Part shown: in pieces, positions 51,301 through 61,600 of the stretch
How the letters are laid out: the number at the start of each line of letters is the position of its first letter
How positions within the stretch are numbered: position 1 is the stretch's first letter
Assembly: GCA_023205875.1 (NCBI GenBank)
Contig: CP060756.1
Location: 930,001-994,000, forward strand
Length of the DNA: 64,000 bases
DNA from: Chloropicon primus
Lineage: Eukaryota
Reading direction: 5' to 3'
Notes under the pieces: generated by a model
Databases searched by the model: none
Told to the model about the DNA's origin: nothing
Seen by the model: the letters and a program-made list of their open reading frames with translations, nothing else
Program-made: the position numbers and the translations under genes

Positions 51301-52269
51301 CTGCGGGATCTGGGGCAACGAAACGCTCTTGTCCAAGGTTTCTGACATCTGATTCCCAGAGTCCTCCTCGGGCAGCTGTTCCGTCTCGATCGAAAGCATC
51401 TGCAAATTCTCTTTGGGTGCGAACTGGGACTCACCCAAATCCTTTCCAGCGAACCTCGCGGAGTGGCTGTTGGACAGGATGTTCTCCTTGTTGATCAAGC
51501 TCGACCTCATGTTCTCGATTCCAAGGCCCTTCTCCTCCAACTCCTTTTTCACCTCGTTCTCCACCTCCTTCCTGATCTTGTTCAGCGGGCTTCCGTACAG
51601 CTGTTCTCGAAGCTGGTTCTTCATATGACTCTTGGCCGTCGACGAGTCTTCCGGGTCGGTCCCCTCGGCCTCCTTCGGCGCCATCGGGGTCCTCGTCGAC
51701 GCGCTAGGTGCCGAGGCCCCTGCCTCCGGCTTCTCCGAGCGCTTCTTCCTTTCCTTCCGAATCAGCTCCCTGAAGTAAGGGTCCAGGGGGTGCTCGTCCC
51801 TCACCTCCCCTGACTTTTTGTTCTGGAACACCACCTCGTCGCCCCCCGAGTCCAGCTCGATCCACTCGGGCGGGAGCGGTGCGTTGATCGCCTGCTTGAC
51901 GATCATCAGCACGTCCTTGTGGTCATTATCCAAGTCAACATCGAAGTACTCCGCCATGGCCTGCACCTCGTCCTCGTTCGGCGGCCTCGAGTACTCGTTC
52001 TGCTGCAGAAGGAGCTTCCCTGTCTTCTCCATGTACACGCAGCATTTGAAGTACTCAAGGTTGGGGTGCTGCCATATGCTCTCGCCAGTCTTCTTGTTAT
52101 TGTAAAAGAACCGCTTGGTGTTGTCGTCAAAGTACATATTCCACTCCTCCGGTACGCTCGACTCGTCGCACATCTCCCTCGCGATGGCGAAGAACCTCCC
52201 CTCGTTCTCCGTGTCGATGCCGAGTTCCACCGCCGCGGCGTACACGTGCCCGCTCACCGTGCTCGACAT
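48358..52269 (-). CDS. Kinesin-7 (CENP-E-like) motor with two N-terminal CEP164-type WW modules and C-terminal coiled coil
   Basis: Motor: FAYGQTGSGKT, EIYNE, SSRSHTIFRMVIES, VDLAGSER, IPYRNSNLTRILQPSLGGNA. N-terminus has two modules (...VPEEW...QHP; ...APLPPEW...EHPLDPYFR). Confidence 0.92.
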   Translation of the reverse strand: MSSTVSGHVYAAAVELGIDTENEGRFFAIAREMCDESSVPEEWNMYFDDNTKRFFYNNKKTGESIWQHPNLEYFKCCVYMEKTGKLLLQQNEYSRPPNEDEVQAMAEYFDVDLDNDHKDVLMIVKQAINAPLPPEWIELDSGGDEVVFQNKKSGEVRDEHPLDPYFRELIRKERKKRSEKPEAGASAPSASTRTPMAPKEAEGTDPEDSSTAKSHMKNQLREQLYGSPLNKIRKEVENEVKKELEEKGLGIENMRSSLINKENILSNSHSARFAGKDLGESQFAPKENLQMLSIETEQLPEEDSGNQMSETLDKSVSLPQIPQLGKDSELKQLTSKGHSIAHSQKEEKIQVIIRARPLEKRTVSAWAIDEGNGCVTLRDDVRLRHAKHFYGEVQQRQSRDHRGVVSYAFDKVYNDTSDTSGVYNQSVRSIVRSALEGINGTIFAYGQTGSGKTHTILGTPNNPGVLMLAINDIFSQISSPSSAYEHTLKVGMLEIYNEELRDLLAPPQNRWHAGERLQIKEDPVLGVKVNGLQEEVVKDKQRMKTLISKGLHRRQTGATKLNLESSRSHTIFRMVIESRHKGESGKKSKGFLRVSTLNFVDLAGSERLAKSGNVGIRAQESTQINLSLMQLGNVISKLALGRPGDFIPYRNSNLTRILQPSLGGNARTVIVATMSHASLHAEETSHTLRFAARAKTVTNRVLVNEVVSDNALVKQYKREIQVLQQELKNKEEKGKEAELVRELEAKVVELEADNVNLSDRLEAMKAKGISDSPPPSPVHLDLPAVAGKKHRGQSVPIEKALLSIARAAGVGRSGGGGREQKPEDILYAVRVMRAERDELRRIVKAKDKFKEEIAIRLNQESMLQAERQDMEESCNKLEDLIGGKGQAEGLADRLRLAVDSIVVMSAELATMERHRKELISLTKEHEKAVLQATAKLEKMKKKEKEVDALTHENVKLKEQLQVALKDRNDFAKKLDIDPATLDDNSDKGRSLPGGAAMNYANTLESHLRKEKEKVKNMELDIQLYRRRIATILGVRESEESGKQNQVIGGAAIVAAREAQEKLAYAEKKVLALEKDRAQLIEQIKRFEGVIPEDFVDGAEDADQLKNRLYALSMEVTTLTKERNQLLAFIQALSAKYELPNVTETIQSMQSRTHPPKDNRHAQMMNSHFPGGGDQYDVSMQGGDPWPAKAKKKKRREWVGPADKQDSLQADIVKLRKRLVEVERARQDAIGRLQAQTRATKMQRQTNEKLVVQANEATAELQHLKSQLQEMVGMLNYERRTAKMLQQRLKQVEIENEDLRLLVG

Positions 52270-52557
52270 CTTGTCACCTCAACACCCACACCTGTCTCTC
52301 TGTCTCCTCCTCCTCCCGTGTGCCTGTCGTCCTGTCGCCCTCAACTCAACTCCAAGAGTCTTCCAATTCGGTTGAACACGCCAGAGGAAGACCCTGTGCT
52401 TCACCTCGTTCTCTCGGGGCCCGGCCTCTACCAACCAACACTCCCTCTCCTCCCTCCCTTCATCAGGAGACAGGGCAGACTCTTCCCTCTGTCCTGTCAG
52501 TCTTCCCCCTCGTGCCAAAACACGCGGGCACATCAACGGTTCTTTCCATCCAAAGTT

Positions 52558-52576
52558 TCCAAGATCGGATCTTGGA
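52558..52576. promoter_or_regulatory. Perfect palindrome TCCAAGATC-G-GATCTTGGA in divergent promoter (candidate cis-element)
   Basis: The palindrome is seen directly; its regulatory role is inferred from position and a similar site at 46526-46544. Confidence 0.35.
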
Positions 52577-52704
52577 GTGTACATCAAGTACACCCTATTT
52601 CCGAGTCACAAAAACACAAAAACCAAAAACGACAGAGAGAGAGAGGGAGAGGGAGAGAGGGGGTCGGCTCGGTTCGGTTTGGTTTGTGTTCGGACGCGGA
52701 AAGC

Positions 52705-54096
52705 ATGGAGAAGTCGGTGAGCGAGAGGGTGAAGGAGGGGATGATGTCGTCGATCGTGACGTCCTCAGTCGCGGGTGTCGAAGTGGTGCCGGGGAGGGAC
52801 GAGGTGAAGCTCCTGTTGGAGGCGATTGACGCCACAAGGCACGCCGCGAGGCTGTGGGCTCAACTTGTCGGGCCGTACTTGACTTGGGTTTACAGGGTCG
52901 CAAGGCGGTCCCTCACCCAGGGGTTCTTGTACTCGAGGAAAAAGTTTAAGGATCTCGACGAGGACACGCAGAGGTCGATCTTCGCCTCGATTGTCGTCGT
53001 CGTGGGGCTGTTGGTGGCGAAGCGGCTCATCGAGAGGTCCAAGGTGTTCGCCAAGCTTCGGAAGGCGTACGACCAGCAGGCTGCCAAGGCAAGGCTCGCC
53101 TGGCGCAAGTTCAGCAAGAGGATAGAGAAGACTTCCAAGGTGCTCGCGGACCTCCTCCCTCACCTCGTCCTGGTGAGCCTCTTCGGGCTGTACCTGGGTC
53201 TCATGCCGCACTCGGTGCGGAACACGCTCGAGGGCCCGGTAATCTATTTCGTCCTTGGGAAGCTTTACCCCGCGGTGTGGAGCGCGGAGGCGCTGGTGAC
53301 GGGGTCAGACAGGCTGGAAAAGTTCCTGCAGCTCTGGACCTCGTTCTACGTCCTGGAAGTCATCGGCGAGGTCCCCCTCCTCGTTCCCTTCCTTTCGCCT
53401 CTCTTGAGGTATGTGGCCAACGACGCCTTGGCGGCCGCGAGGTTCTTCCTGGCGCTGTGGATTGCCCTGCCCTTCACAAACGGGGCGGCTCTGCTCTGCT
53501 CCGCCCTCTCCCCCCAGGAAGCCATTTCCAGCGGTGGAAAGGCCACGGCGAAGAAGAGGGGAGAGCTCACGGGCTGGTTCTTGGAGACCGCCAACAGGTT
53601 GGGCGTCATACGCGTGCCGAATGCGATCAAGAGCGTGGCGACCGACCTGGTGACCCACTGGGTCCACCTTCTCACCCTGCCCTTCCTGTTCACGCCCGGG
53701 TTTATCACGTATTACGGCGGAGTCATGTCCGGGAAGATGTTTCCGATTCGGGCGAGCCTGAGAGCCCAGGTGGGGGGCGATCAGAAGGAGGAGGTGGTGC
53801 ATTGGACGACGTACTGGGTCGTCTTCAGCAACTTGGACTGTGCGCACCACCTCGTCAGCATGGTTGTGGGGTGGATTCCGTTCTGGCAGCACTTGAAGAT
53901 CGCGGGGATCTTCTGGCTCCAGTTTCCTTACTTCCGCGGAGCCACGGTGTTGTTCTCATCCCTCAACCCCGCCATGGTGGAGCGGAGCTGCTCCTATCTG
54001 ACGGGGAAGAACCTCAAGCTGAAGCTGAGTCTGAAGGGCAAGGCGACCAAGACCAAGGCGAAGGCAAAGGGAGAGAAGGAGAAGAAGGAGGATTGA
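52705..54096 (+). CDS. HVA22/TB2/DP1 (REEP/Yop1)-family membrane protein with two domain copies
   Basis: WTTYWVVFS...WIPFWQHLKI...WLQFPYFRGA plus a degenerate upstream copy (FLQLWTSF...LWIALPFTNGA); C-terminal KKED (KKxx). Confidence 0.8.
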   Translation: MEKSVSERVKEGMMSSIVTSSVAGVEVVPGRDEVKLLLEAIDATRHAARLWAQLVGPYLTWVYRVARRSLTQGFLYSRKKFKDLDEDTQRSIFASIVVVVGLLVAKRLIERSKVFAKLRKAYDQQAAKARLAWRKFSKRIEKTSKVLADLLPHLVLVSLFGLYLGLMPHSVRNTLEGPVIYFVLGKLYPAVWSAEALVTGSDRLEKFLQLWTSFYVLEVIGEVPLLVPFLSPLLRYVANDALAAARFFLALWIALPFTNGAALLCSALSPQEAISSGGKATAKKRGELTGWFLETANRLGVIRVPNAIKSVATDLVTHWVHLLTLPFLFTPGFITYYGGVMSGKMFPIRASLRAQVGGDQKEEVVHWTTYWVVFSNLDCAHHLVSMVVGWIPFWQHLKIAGIFWLQFPYFRGATVLFSSLNPAMVERSCSYLTGKNLKLKLSLKGKATKTKAKAKGEKEKKED

Positions 54097-54158
54097 GTCG
54101 CGCGCCAGATTTTAGATACACTTATGCTTTGTAATCTATGTAGATGATGTTGTTGCCC

Positions 54159-55130
54159 CTACTGATCCCGCTCGAAGCACTCCGGAATCGACTCGAAAAT
54201 CTCCTTCGAGACCTGTCTCACCAGATCCCTGTCCCTGGAGTTGAGCACCAGCTTCGTGGCGTACGACTCCCCCCCCGCCTCTGTCTCTGTCTTTCCAGTG
54301 TTCGGATAACTTCCGATGTCACAGCTTGGGTGCTTCTCTGCGATGGCCGTCAGGCTGTCCGCCAGATCACCTTCCCCAGAGTTCGTGTATATCGCGTGAG
54401 AGAAAACGGAAGGCCCTTTGAACCTTGACTCGTGCGCCGTGATCATCTTCTGAAAGAGTCTTGGAATGCCCGGCAGTATGTAGACGCCGTTCAAAACGGC
54501 GAGGGGAACCCAGAGGCCGTCCGTGACTAGAACCTCCGACCCTTCCGGCAGCGTCGCCATTTTCAGCCTCGCTTCGTTCAACATCTTCCCCTGGGACTCG
54601 TAGTGCGTTCTCATTCTCTCCACGGTGGGCTGGTGCAGCTCCAGACCCACCCCAAAGGCCTTTGCGATCGAGCTGTAAGTCTTATCGTCGTGCGTGGGAC
54701 CGATCCCTCCGGTTGTGATGATCACGCCGTTCTCCCCGACTTTGCTCTTGATGCGAAGCAGGGCCTCCACGATCTCCTCCTCTACGTCAGGAACAAACTC
54801 TGCCCGGACCATGTCCAACCCCCTGTTGTACATCATCCTTGTCAGGAAGGGCAAGTTTACGTCGCTTATGGTACCTTTGAGTATCTCATCCCCGATGATG
54901 ACCGCAGCTGCTTTGGGATACTCCCCGCCCCCATCGCCGGGAAAGGTCGAGAATCCGTGCCTCTGAACGCCACCCCCGTCGTGGCTCAAAAATCCTGCAC
55001 CACCACTTCCAGACATCCTCGGCGACAACCTACGAAGGAACCGGCTGACTCTCGCTTGTTCTTCCCAAAAGGATTTTGTCCTCCCCACACTCCTTCGAGT
55101 AAGACCCCGAATCATCCTCATCCTCAACAT
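54159..55130 (-). CDS. Standalone molybdopterin-binding/CinA-like domain protein (FAD diphosphatase Fpy1-like)
   Basis: IIGDEILKG...DVN, TTGGIGPTHDD, KMATLP, YILPGIPRLF, IGSYP; Arg-rich presequence. Start uncertain. Confidence 0.85.
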   Translation of the reverse strand: MLRMRMIRGLTRRSVGRTKSFWEEQARVSRFLRRLSPRMSGSGGAGFLSHDGGGVQRHGFSTFPGDGGGEYPKAAAVIIGDEILKGTISDVNLPFLTRMMYNRGLDMVRAEFVPDVEEEIVEALLRIKSKVGENGVIITTGGIGPTHDDKTYSSIAKAFGVGLELHQPTVERMRTHYESQGKMLNEARLKMATLPEGSEVLVTDGLWVPLAVLNGVYILPGIPRLFQKMITAHESRFKGPSVFSHAIYTNSGEGDLADSLTAIAEKHPSCDIGSYPNTGKTETEAGGESYATKLVLNSRDRDLVRQVSKEIFESIPECFERDQ

Positions 55131-55295
55131 CCTCCTCCTCCTCCTCAGCAACAACCACCTCCTCCAAACGGTTTGCTTTGCCACACGCTTCTCCCTCCCT
55201 TGGATGGCTCAGCAAGCGAAGCCGCAGATACAGGGTGCCTCGTCACTCTGGTGGGTGGTGGGGAGAGGGAGGCGGAGGACGAGAAGGAAGGGGCC

Positions 55296-57072
55296 ATGGC
55301 GAGCATCATAAGCATCTCAGACTCGTCATACGAGGACGAGGACTTCGACAGCGGTAGGTGGCTTCGGACGAGCGAGCGAGGTTTCGCCGGAGGGGCGGGG
55401 GAAACCGCGGGCGAAGGCGCGAAAGTTGGTCTCGGGTTTCTTTTTTCCTGAAAAAAACCTGACGTTACGTTTTGCTTCTTCTTCTTTCGCGCGTTGCGTT
55501 TTCGGGCCGGGGCGCGTTGCAGACGGGGAGCAGGGGATGTTCTCGGACGTATCGTCGGAGGAGGACACGTTGATGACGGTGGAGGACTCGGAGCATATTT
55601 CGGGCTCGGCGAGGAAGTCGAGGTTTGCTTGCCTGGACGAGGCCACCGTGATGGCCAAGGCCGAGACCCTCGTCGCGAAGGCGTCCTCCTTGCTGTCCCT
55701 GCCGTCCTCGTCGAGCAAGGCCCTGCTGAGGTACTACAAGTGGGACGAGAACCGCCTGAGCGACGTGTGGTTCTCGGACGAGGCCAAAGTGCGGGAGGCG
55801 GTCGGCCTGAAGGGGGAAAGCCACAGCGCCGGGGAGGAGTCCACGAGCACCTCGGGCGGCCAGGCATCGCTTTGCGGGATTTGCTTCGAGAATTACCCCA
55901 AGGAGGAGATGTTCGCCATGGAGTGCGGCCACGCGTTCTGCAGGACGTGCTGGAGGTCGTACGCGGAGAACGCGATCGACGAGGGGGCTGGCTCCCTCCA
56001 GCTGCGGTGCATCAACCCGGACTGCAAACTTCTGGTGATGGAGGACGTCATGCTGTCCTTGCTCGGGGAAGGGCGGCACAGGGAGAAGTACTTGCAGTTC
56101 TCCATGAGGTCGTTCGTGGACGGGAGCAGAATGCTCCAGTGGTGCCCGGCGCCCGGATGTACAAAAGTGATAGAGTGTTTCGACCACCCGGGGAGCGAAA
56201 CGCCGTTCGACGTGCAGTGCAACTGCGGCCACGGCTTCTGTTTCACTTGCGGGGAGGAGTCCCACCGCCCCGCGGACTGCACCATGAGGAAGAATTGGAT
56301 CATCAAGAACAGCAACGAGTCGGAGAACTTGAACTGGATCCTCTCCAACTCCAAACCTTGCCCCAAGTGCAAGCGTCCCATCGAGAAGAACTACGGCTGC
56401 ATGCACATGACTTGCGCGGTGTGCAAGTACGAGTTCTGCTGGCTGTGCCTCGGGGCCTGGAAGGACCACGGCGAGAGGACAGGGGGGTTCTACAGCTGCA
56501 ACAAGTACGAGGGCAAAGGGTCCAAGGACAAGGACAAGAAGAGGAGAGACTTTGGAAGGGTCTCCTTGGAGAGGTACATGCACTACTTCGAGCGCTGGAA
56601 CGCAAATAAGACGAGCTGCGCCAAGGCGTGCGAGACTCACAGCAGGTTTTTGGGGTTGGAAGATTCCCTCACCGCGGTCAGCCACAACACGGGGGCCCCG
56701 ATGAGCCAGCTCGCGTTCATTTCGGAGGCCTGCAACCAGGTCATCGAGTGCAGGAAGACTCTGATGTGGACCTACACGTATGGCTACTACAACTTCGACA
56801 AGAACAAGGCCGGAAACATGAAGGAGTTCTTCGAGTTCCTCCAAGGCGACGCGGAGTACAACCTCGAGCTCCTGCACAACTGCGTGGAGGTCGAGCTGCA
56901 GAAGTACGCCGAGGACGGTTGCGGCGAGGTCACCAGGGAGGAGTTCGACGCCTTCCGCTGCAAGCTCACAGGACTGACCAAAGTCACGAGGGAATACTTT
57001 GAGAAGCTCGTGTACGAGCTGGAGAATGGCCTAGAGGGAATCAAAACCCGGTATGCATCATCCGCTTCTTAA
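55296..57072 (+). CDS. ARI: Ariadne RBR E3 ubiquitin ligase; exons 55296-55353 and 55523-57072
   Basis: RING1 (CGICF...CGHAFCRTCW), IBR (WCPAPGC), RING2 (KPCPKC...IEKNYGCMHMTC), Ariadne domain (LERYMHYFERW); acidic first exon joined in phase 1. Confidence 0.95.
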
Positions 57073-57262
57073 GGGATTCACTCGCTAATTCAACACTCTC
57101 GTAATACAGCACTATTCATTTCATGTTCTTCGTTGTTCTTCGTTGTTCTTCTTTCCTCCTCTGGCCAACGCGCCTCTTGCTCTCTCCTCCATGAGCGTTT
57201 CGTTTCTCTCTCCCAGGTCCAGGATCAAAAAAGGCCTTGGCTTTGGCTTGCAATCGCAATCG

Positions 57263-58441
57263 ATGGGGGCGACGGAGGGAAGGAACCGGCGCCGTGCCCA
57301 CCTGCGGAAGCGGAAGACCTCCGAGCGGGACGAGGAGGAGGACGATGGGGTGAACCTGCAAGCGACCCAAAAGAAGAAGCAGACGGGGATGGCGAACGCC
57401 TTCAACACCGCGCCCAAAGGGGATGGGCCTTCCGCCACCTTCCAGTACGATAGCTCCGGGACGGTCCAGCAAAACACAGACATGGGGGCGACGAAGATGC
57501 TGGAGACGGAGACGGAGTTGGACCGGGACGGGAGGTCCCTGCGGGAGAAGGCCCTCAAGGTCTCGGGGGAGAGGGACGCGGCGGGCGGGAGCGACGGCAC
57601 CTACAAGGGCCTGCTGGGCTACAACGACTACAGGTGAGTGTTTTCTCAGATTTGGGAGGCTCTTTCGCTCGCGAGGCTCCTGCGTCGCCTGGTGCTAACG
57701 AGGCTGACTCTTCTCGCTTTTCTAAACACAAGGAGCGGGTTCCGGCGGGAGCAGAACGCGTCGAATATGAGGAAAACTGGAGCTTTCGGTCCCCTGAGAG
57801 CGTCCAGCGCGATCCGGACGACCTTCAGGATGGACTACCAGCCGGACATATGCAAGGACTACAAGGAGACGGGCTTCTGCGGGTACGGAGACTCGTGCAA
57901 GTTCCTGCACGATCGGGGGGATTACAAGTCCGGTTGGCAGCTGGAGAAGGAGTGGGAGGAGAAGGAGAAGCTTCGGAAGGAGAAGAAGGCAGTGGAAGCG
58001 ATGCTGGGGGAAAAGAAGCAGGAGGAGGAGGAGGAGCAGGATGACGGGCTCCCGTTCGCCTGTCACATCTGCAGGCTTCCTTTCACGTCGCCCGTGGTGA
58101 CCCGGTGCGGGCACTATTTTTGCGAGCACTGCGCGCTCAAGGAGCACTCGAGGACGGGAAAGTGCGCCATCTGCAAGCAGGCCACCAACGGCACCTTCAA
58201 CGTGGCGAGCAACATCGCGGCAAAGATGAAGAAGCTCGCGGGGGCCAAGAAGGCCGCCGAGGAGCCCGCCGGGAGGGAGAAGGGGACCGAGGGCGACCGC
58301 CTGGCCCTCCCCCCTCGGCCTCCGCCTCCGCACAGCACGGACTCGCTGGCCGAGGTGGACGTCGCCGAGGAGGAGGGCCTGCCGCCCCCGCCACCCCCGT
58401 CCCTCGCCGGGCAACCCACATGTATACCTGTACAACATTAA
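57263..58441 (+). CDS. CWC24: Pre-mRNA splicing factor CWC24/RNF113A; intron 57634-57732
   Basis: [40 protein letters not shown] finger and [12 protein letters not shown]...CGHYFCEHC. Alternative upstream ATG at 57191. Confidence 0.95.
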
Positions 58442-58615
58442 TAAACTTTGTTCATCCCCGACTCCCCCCAACTCCTTCTCAATTCTTGGCCTCTCTTCCT
58501 CTGAGAGTTTTTGAAGCTCCCGCGGCAAGAGAGGGGGGCGACCGACGACGGGTTGTTGTTGATCGAGTCCTGACCTGAGCGCGCGCGGGTGTGTGTGTGT
58601 GTGGAGTTCGTCGCC

Positions 58616-61600
58616 ATGTGCCGCCTGGCTTGCTTCCTGGGGATGCCCATTCAGCTGGCGGACCTCGTCACCAAGCCGAAGCGGTCGATACTGACGCAGT
58701 CTTACGATGCGAGGGAGCGACAGCCACACACCGTGGAGCACTTGACGAAAGCGAACCTGAACGGGGACGGGTTCGGCGTAGGGTGGTACAGCAGCAACAA
58801 GGACGACAAGAAGCCTTGCGTGTTCACGTCGATTCTCCCGGCTTGGAACAACCCCAACCTGGCCCGCCTCGCGGAGAAGGTGGAGTCTCCCCTGGTCTTC
58901 GCCCACGTCCGTGCCGCGTACCCCGGGATGCCTGTGAGCGAGCAGAACTGCCACCCCTTTGTGAGCGGGAAGTACATGTTCATGCACAACGGGAACATCG
59001 GCAACTTCCTCAAAGTCCGGAGGATCCTCCTCAGGGAATTGAGGGAGGACGTGTACAACGGCTGCCAGTCCTTCCACTCGGACTCGGCTGTGTGCTTTGC
59101 CGTTTTCCTGAACCAGCTCGTAGACTTGGAGGTGGAGTACTCGCCCATAGAGCTGTCGCACAAGATGTCCCAAGCGATGCAGGTGATCATGGACGCCTGC
59201 AAGGCGGCAGACTGCGAGGAGTCCTCCCTTCTGAACTTCGTGGTCTCTGACGGAAGGACGGTCATCGCGACGAAGTTCTCGGACTTTGGGTGCAGCGCGT
59301 CTCTGTACATGTCCGCGGGAACGGGCTACGAGGCCTTTAACTCGCAGTCCGAGGAAGACTTCCATGTGATGAGGTCGAGCTACAGGACGAAGATTGCTTT
59401 GGTGGCCTCGGAGCCGATCACCGCCTCGCCGGCGGCTTGGACCAAAGTCCCAGAAAACTCCATGATCATCCTGTCGAGGGAGAAGGACGGGGACATCAAC
59501 ATCACCTTCACCCCGATAGAGCTCAAGGGCAGCGGCCTGGGCGAGAGGACGATCATGAAGGTCCAGTCCTACAAAGTTCTGGAGTCGGTGGAGGCTGGCG
59601 CTGAGTTGAAGGCGAACACCTCGGGAGAAGTTCCCCTCACCAGACAGTTCATAGGCAGGATCAGGAGGGAGCCTGATGACCTGCTCACGGGCCACACAGA
59701 CTCAGTGGTCTCTCTTGCGATGGACGGGGATGTCATGTACAGCGGGGGGATCGACGGTTCCATTGGGGTCTGGGACATGGCCGCTTTTAGCGGCAGAATG
59801 AGGGAAATGCTCAAGGTGCACGACGGGCCAGTCATGGAGCTAGCTGTCACAGAAAAGTACCTGGTGGCCGCCGTGGGCAACCGCGTGTGCTTTCACGACA
59901 AGGACAGTTACGAGCTCCTCGAGGAAAAGACGGTGGAGCTCCCTTCCTGCGGCCCGTTGTTGACGCTGTGCGCGATCGAGCGCTACACGGCGTTTGGGGG
60001 CCAGGACTGCGTCCTTCGGGCAGTGCAACAGCACACCATGACAGAGGAGAACTTCAAGTTTGCCGCCCGAGCCCACAATTCGTTCATCCTGTGCATGCTG
60101 ATTCTTGAGGACACCATCTGCACCGGCGCGGCAGACACGATGGTCAAGTTGTGGAACATGGAGACCATGGAAGAGAAGGCTTGTTTTCGGGGTCACAAGG
60201 GGCCCGTGGCGGCACTGACTATGTCTCGCAACGGCGACCGAATCTTCAGTGGATCGAGGGATAACACCATCAGGGTGTGGGACATGGAAGAGATGTGCTG
60301 CAGGCATACCATGTCCGGTCACAGCAACGACGTGATGGGTCTGGAATTCATCAAAGTGAACGGCAAGAGGGAGTTCCTGTGCAGCGTCTCCCTGGACAAA
60401 ACCGTCAGGCTTTGGGACATGCATTACATGTGCATCCAGCTCTTCTCGCTGAAAACGGAGCCGACTTCAAGCATCCTTGGAGATTCGAAGCTTTACGTCG
60501 CGGACGCCAACGGGCACATCGCCGAGTGGAGTTTGGATTTCCTCGAGGACAGTGACGACGACAGCAGCGGCGGGACCCCTCACTCTCCTAGATTGAGCCG
60601 CTCCATGGAAAGCTTCAAGAATCACTTTGATGTCTTCAGCAGCTCGTCGCCTAAGAAGTCCAGAGACTTGGAGATGGTGCAGCTCTTGAAGGACTACATC
60701 GCGATACCCAGCATAAGTGGCAACTTGGAGAACCAAGATGACTGTTTTCAGGCCGCAAAGTTCACGTCAAGGCTCTTGGAAAAGTGTGGAGCAGTGACAA
60801 AGATGATCAAGCCCGAGGGCAAAAACCCTGTTGTTCTCGCGAGGTTTGAGGTGGACCCGGACGCTCCCACGTTTACGTTCTATGGGCACTACGACGTTCA
60901 GCCCGCGAATGAGGAAACGTGGAAGTACAATCCCTTTGAGGTGACCACAGTAGACGGCTTTTTTTACGGCAGGGGTACGACGGACAACAAGGGCCCCATT
61001 CTGGCCTTCATCTTTGCAGTGAAGGAGCTGATCGACAAGTATGGAGGCATAGGCAGACTTCCCATGAACATCGCGCTGCTCATTGAGGGGGAGGAGGAGA
61101 ACGGCAGTGGTGGCTTCAAAGAGACGCTTGCAAACAATGTGCACTGGTTCAAGAACACGGAGCTCATCGTCATATCGAATACCCTTTGGATCGGGAAGGA
61201 CAGGCCCTGCATAACATACGGAATGCGAGGGATGATCACCCTGAGCGTGGAGGTGTACGGACCGGAGAAAGACTTGCATTCGGGAAACGAGGGGGGAGCT
61301 CTGAAGGAGCCCATGACTGACCTGATTAAGATCTTGTCGTCCATCCAAGACCCCTCCAACAAGGTGCTGATCCCCGGGTTCTACGATGGAGTGGACTTCG
61401 AAGAAGTGAAGCGGAAGATCACAATGTTCGAGTCGCTCAAGGACAGCATCGACATGAACAAGTACGCCCAGAGCTTGGGCATAGATTCGGTGTCCTCGTG
61501 CTCGTTTGCCGAACTCCTCTCGAAGAAGTGGCTCATCCCGACCCTCTCCATCGTTGACATCAGGACAGGCGGCGGGTCAGACGATTCCACCCACGGTTCC

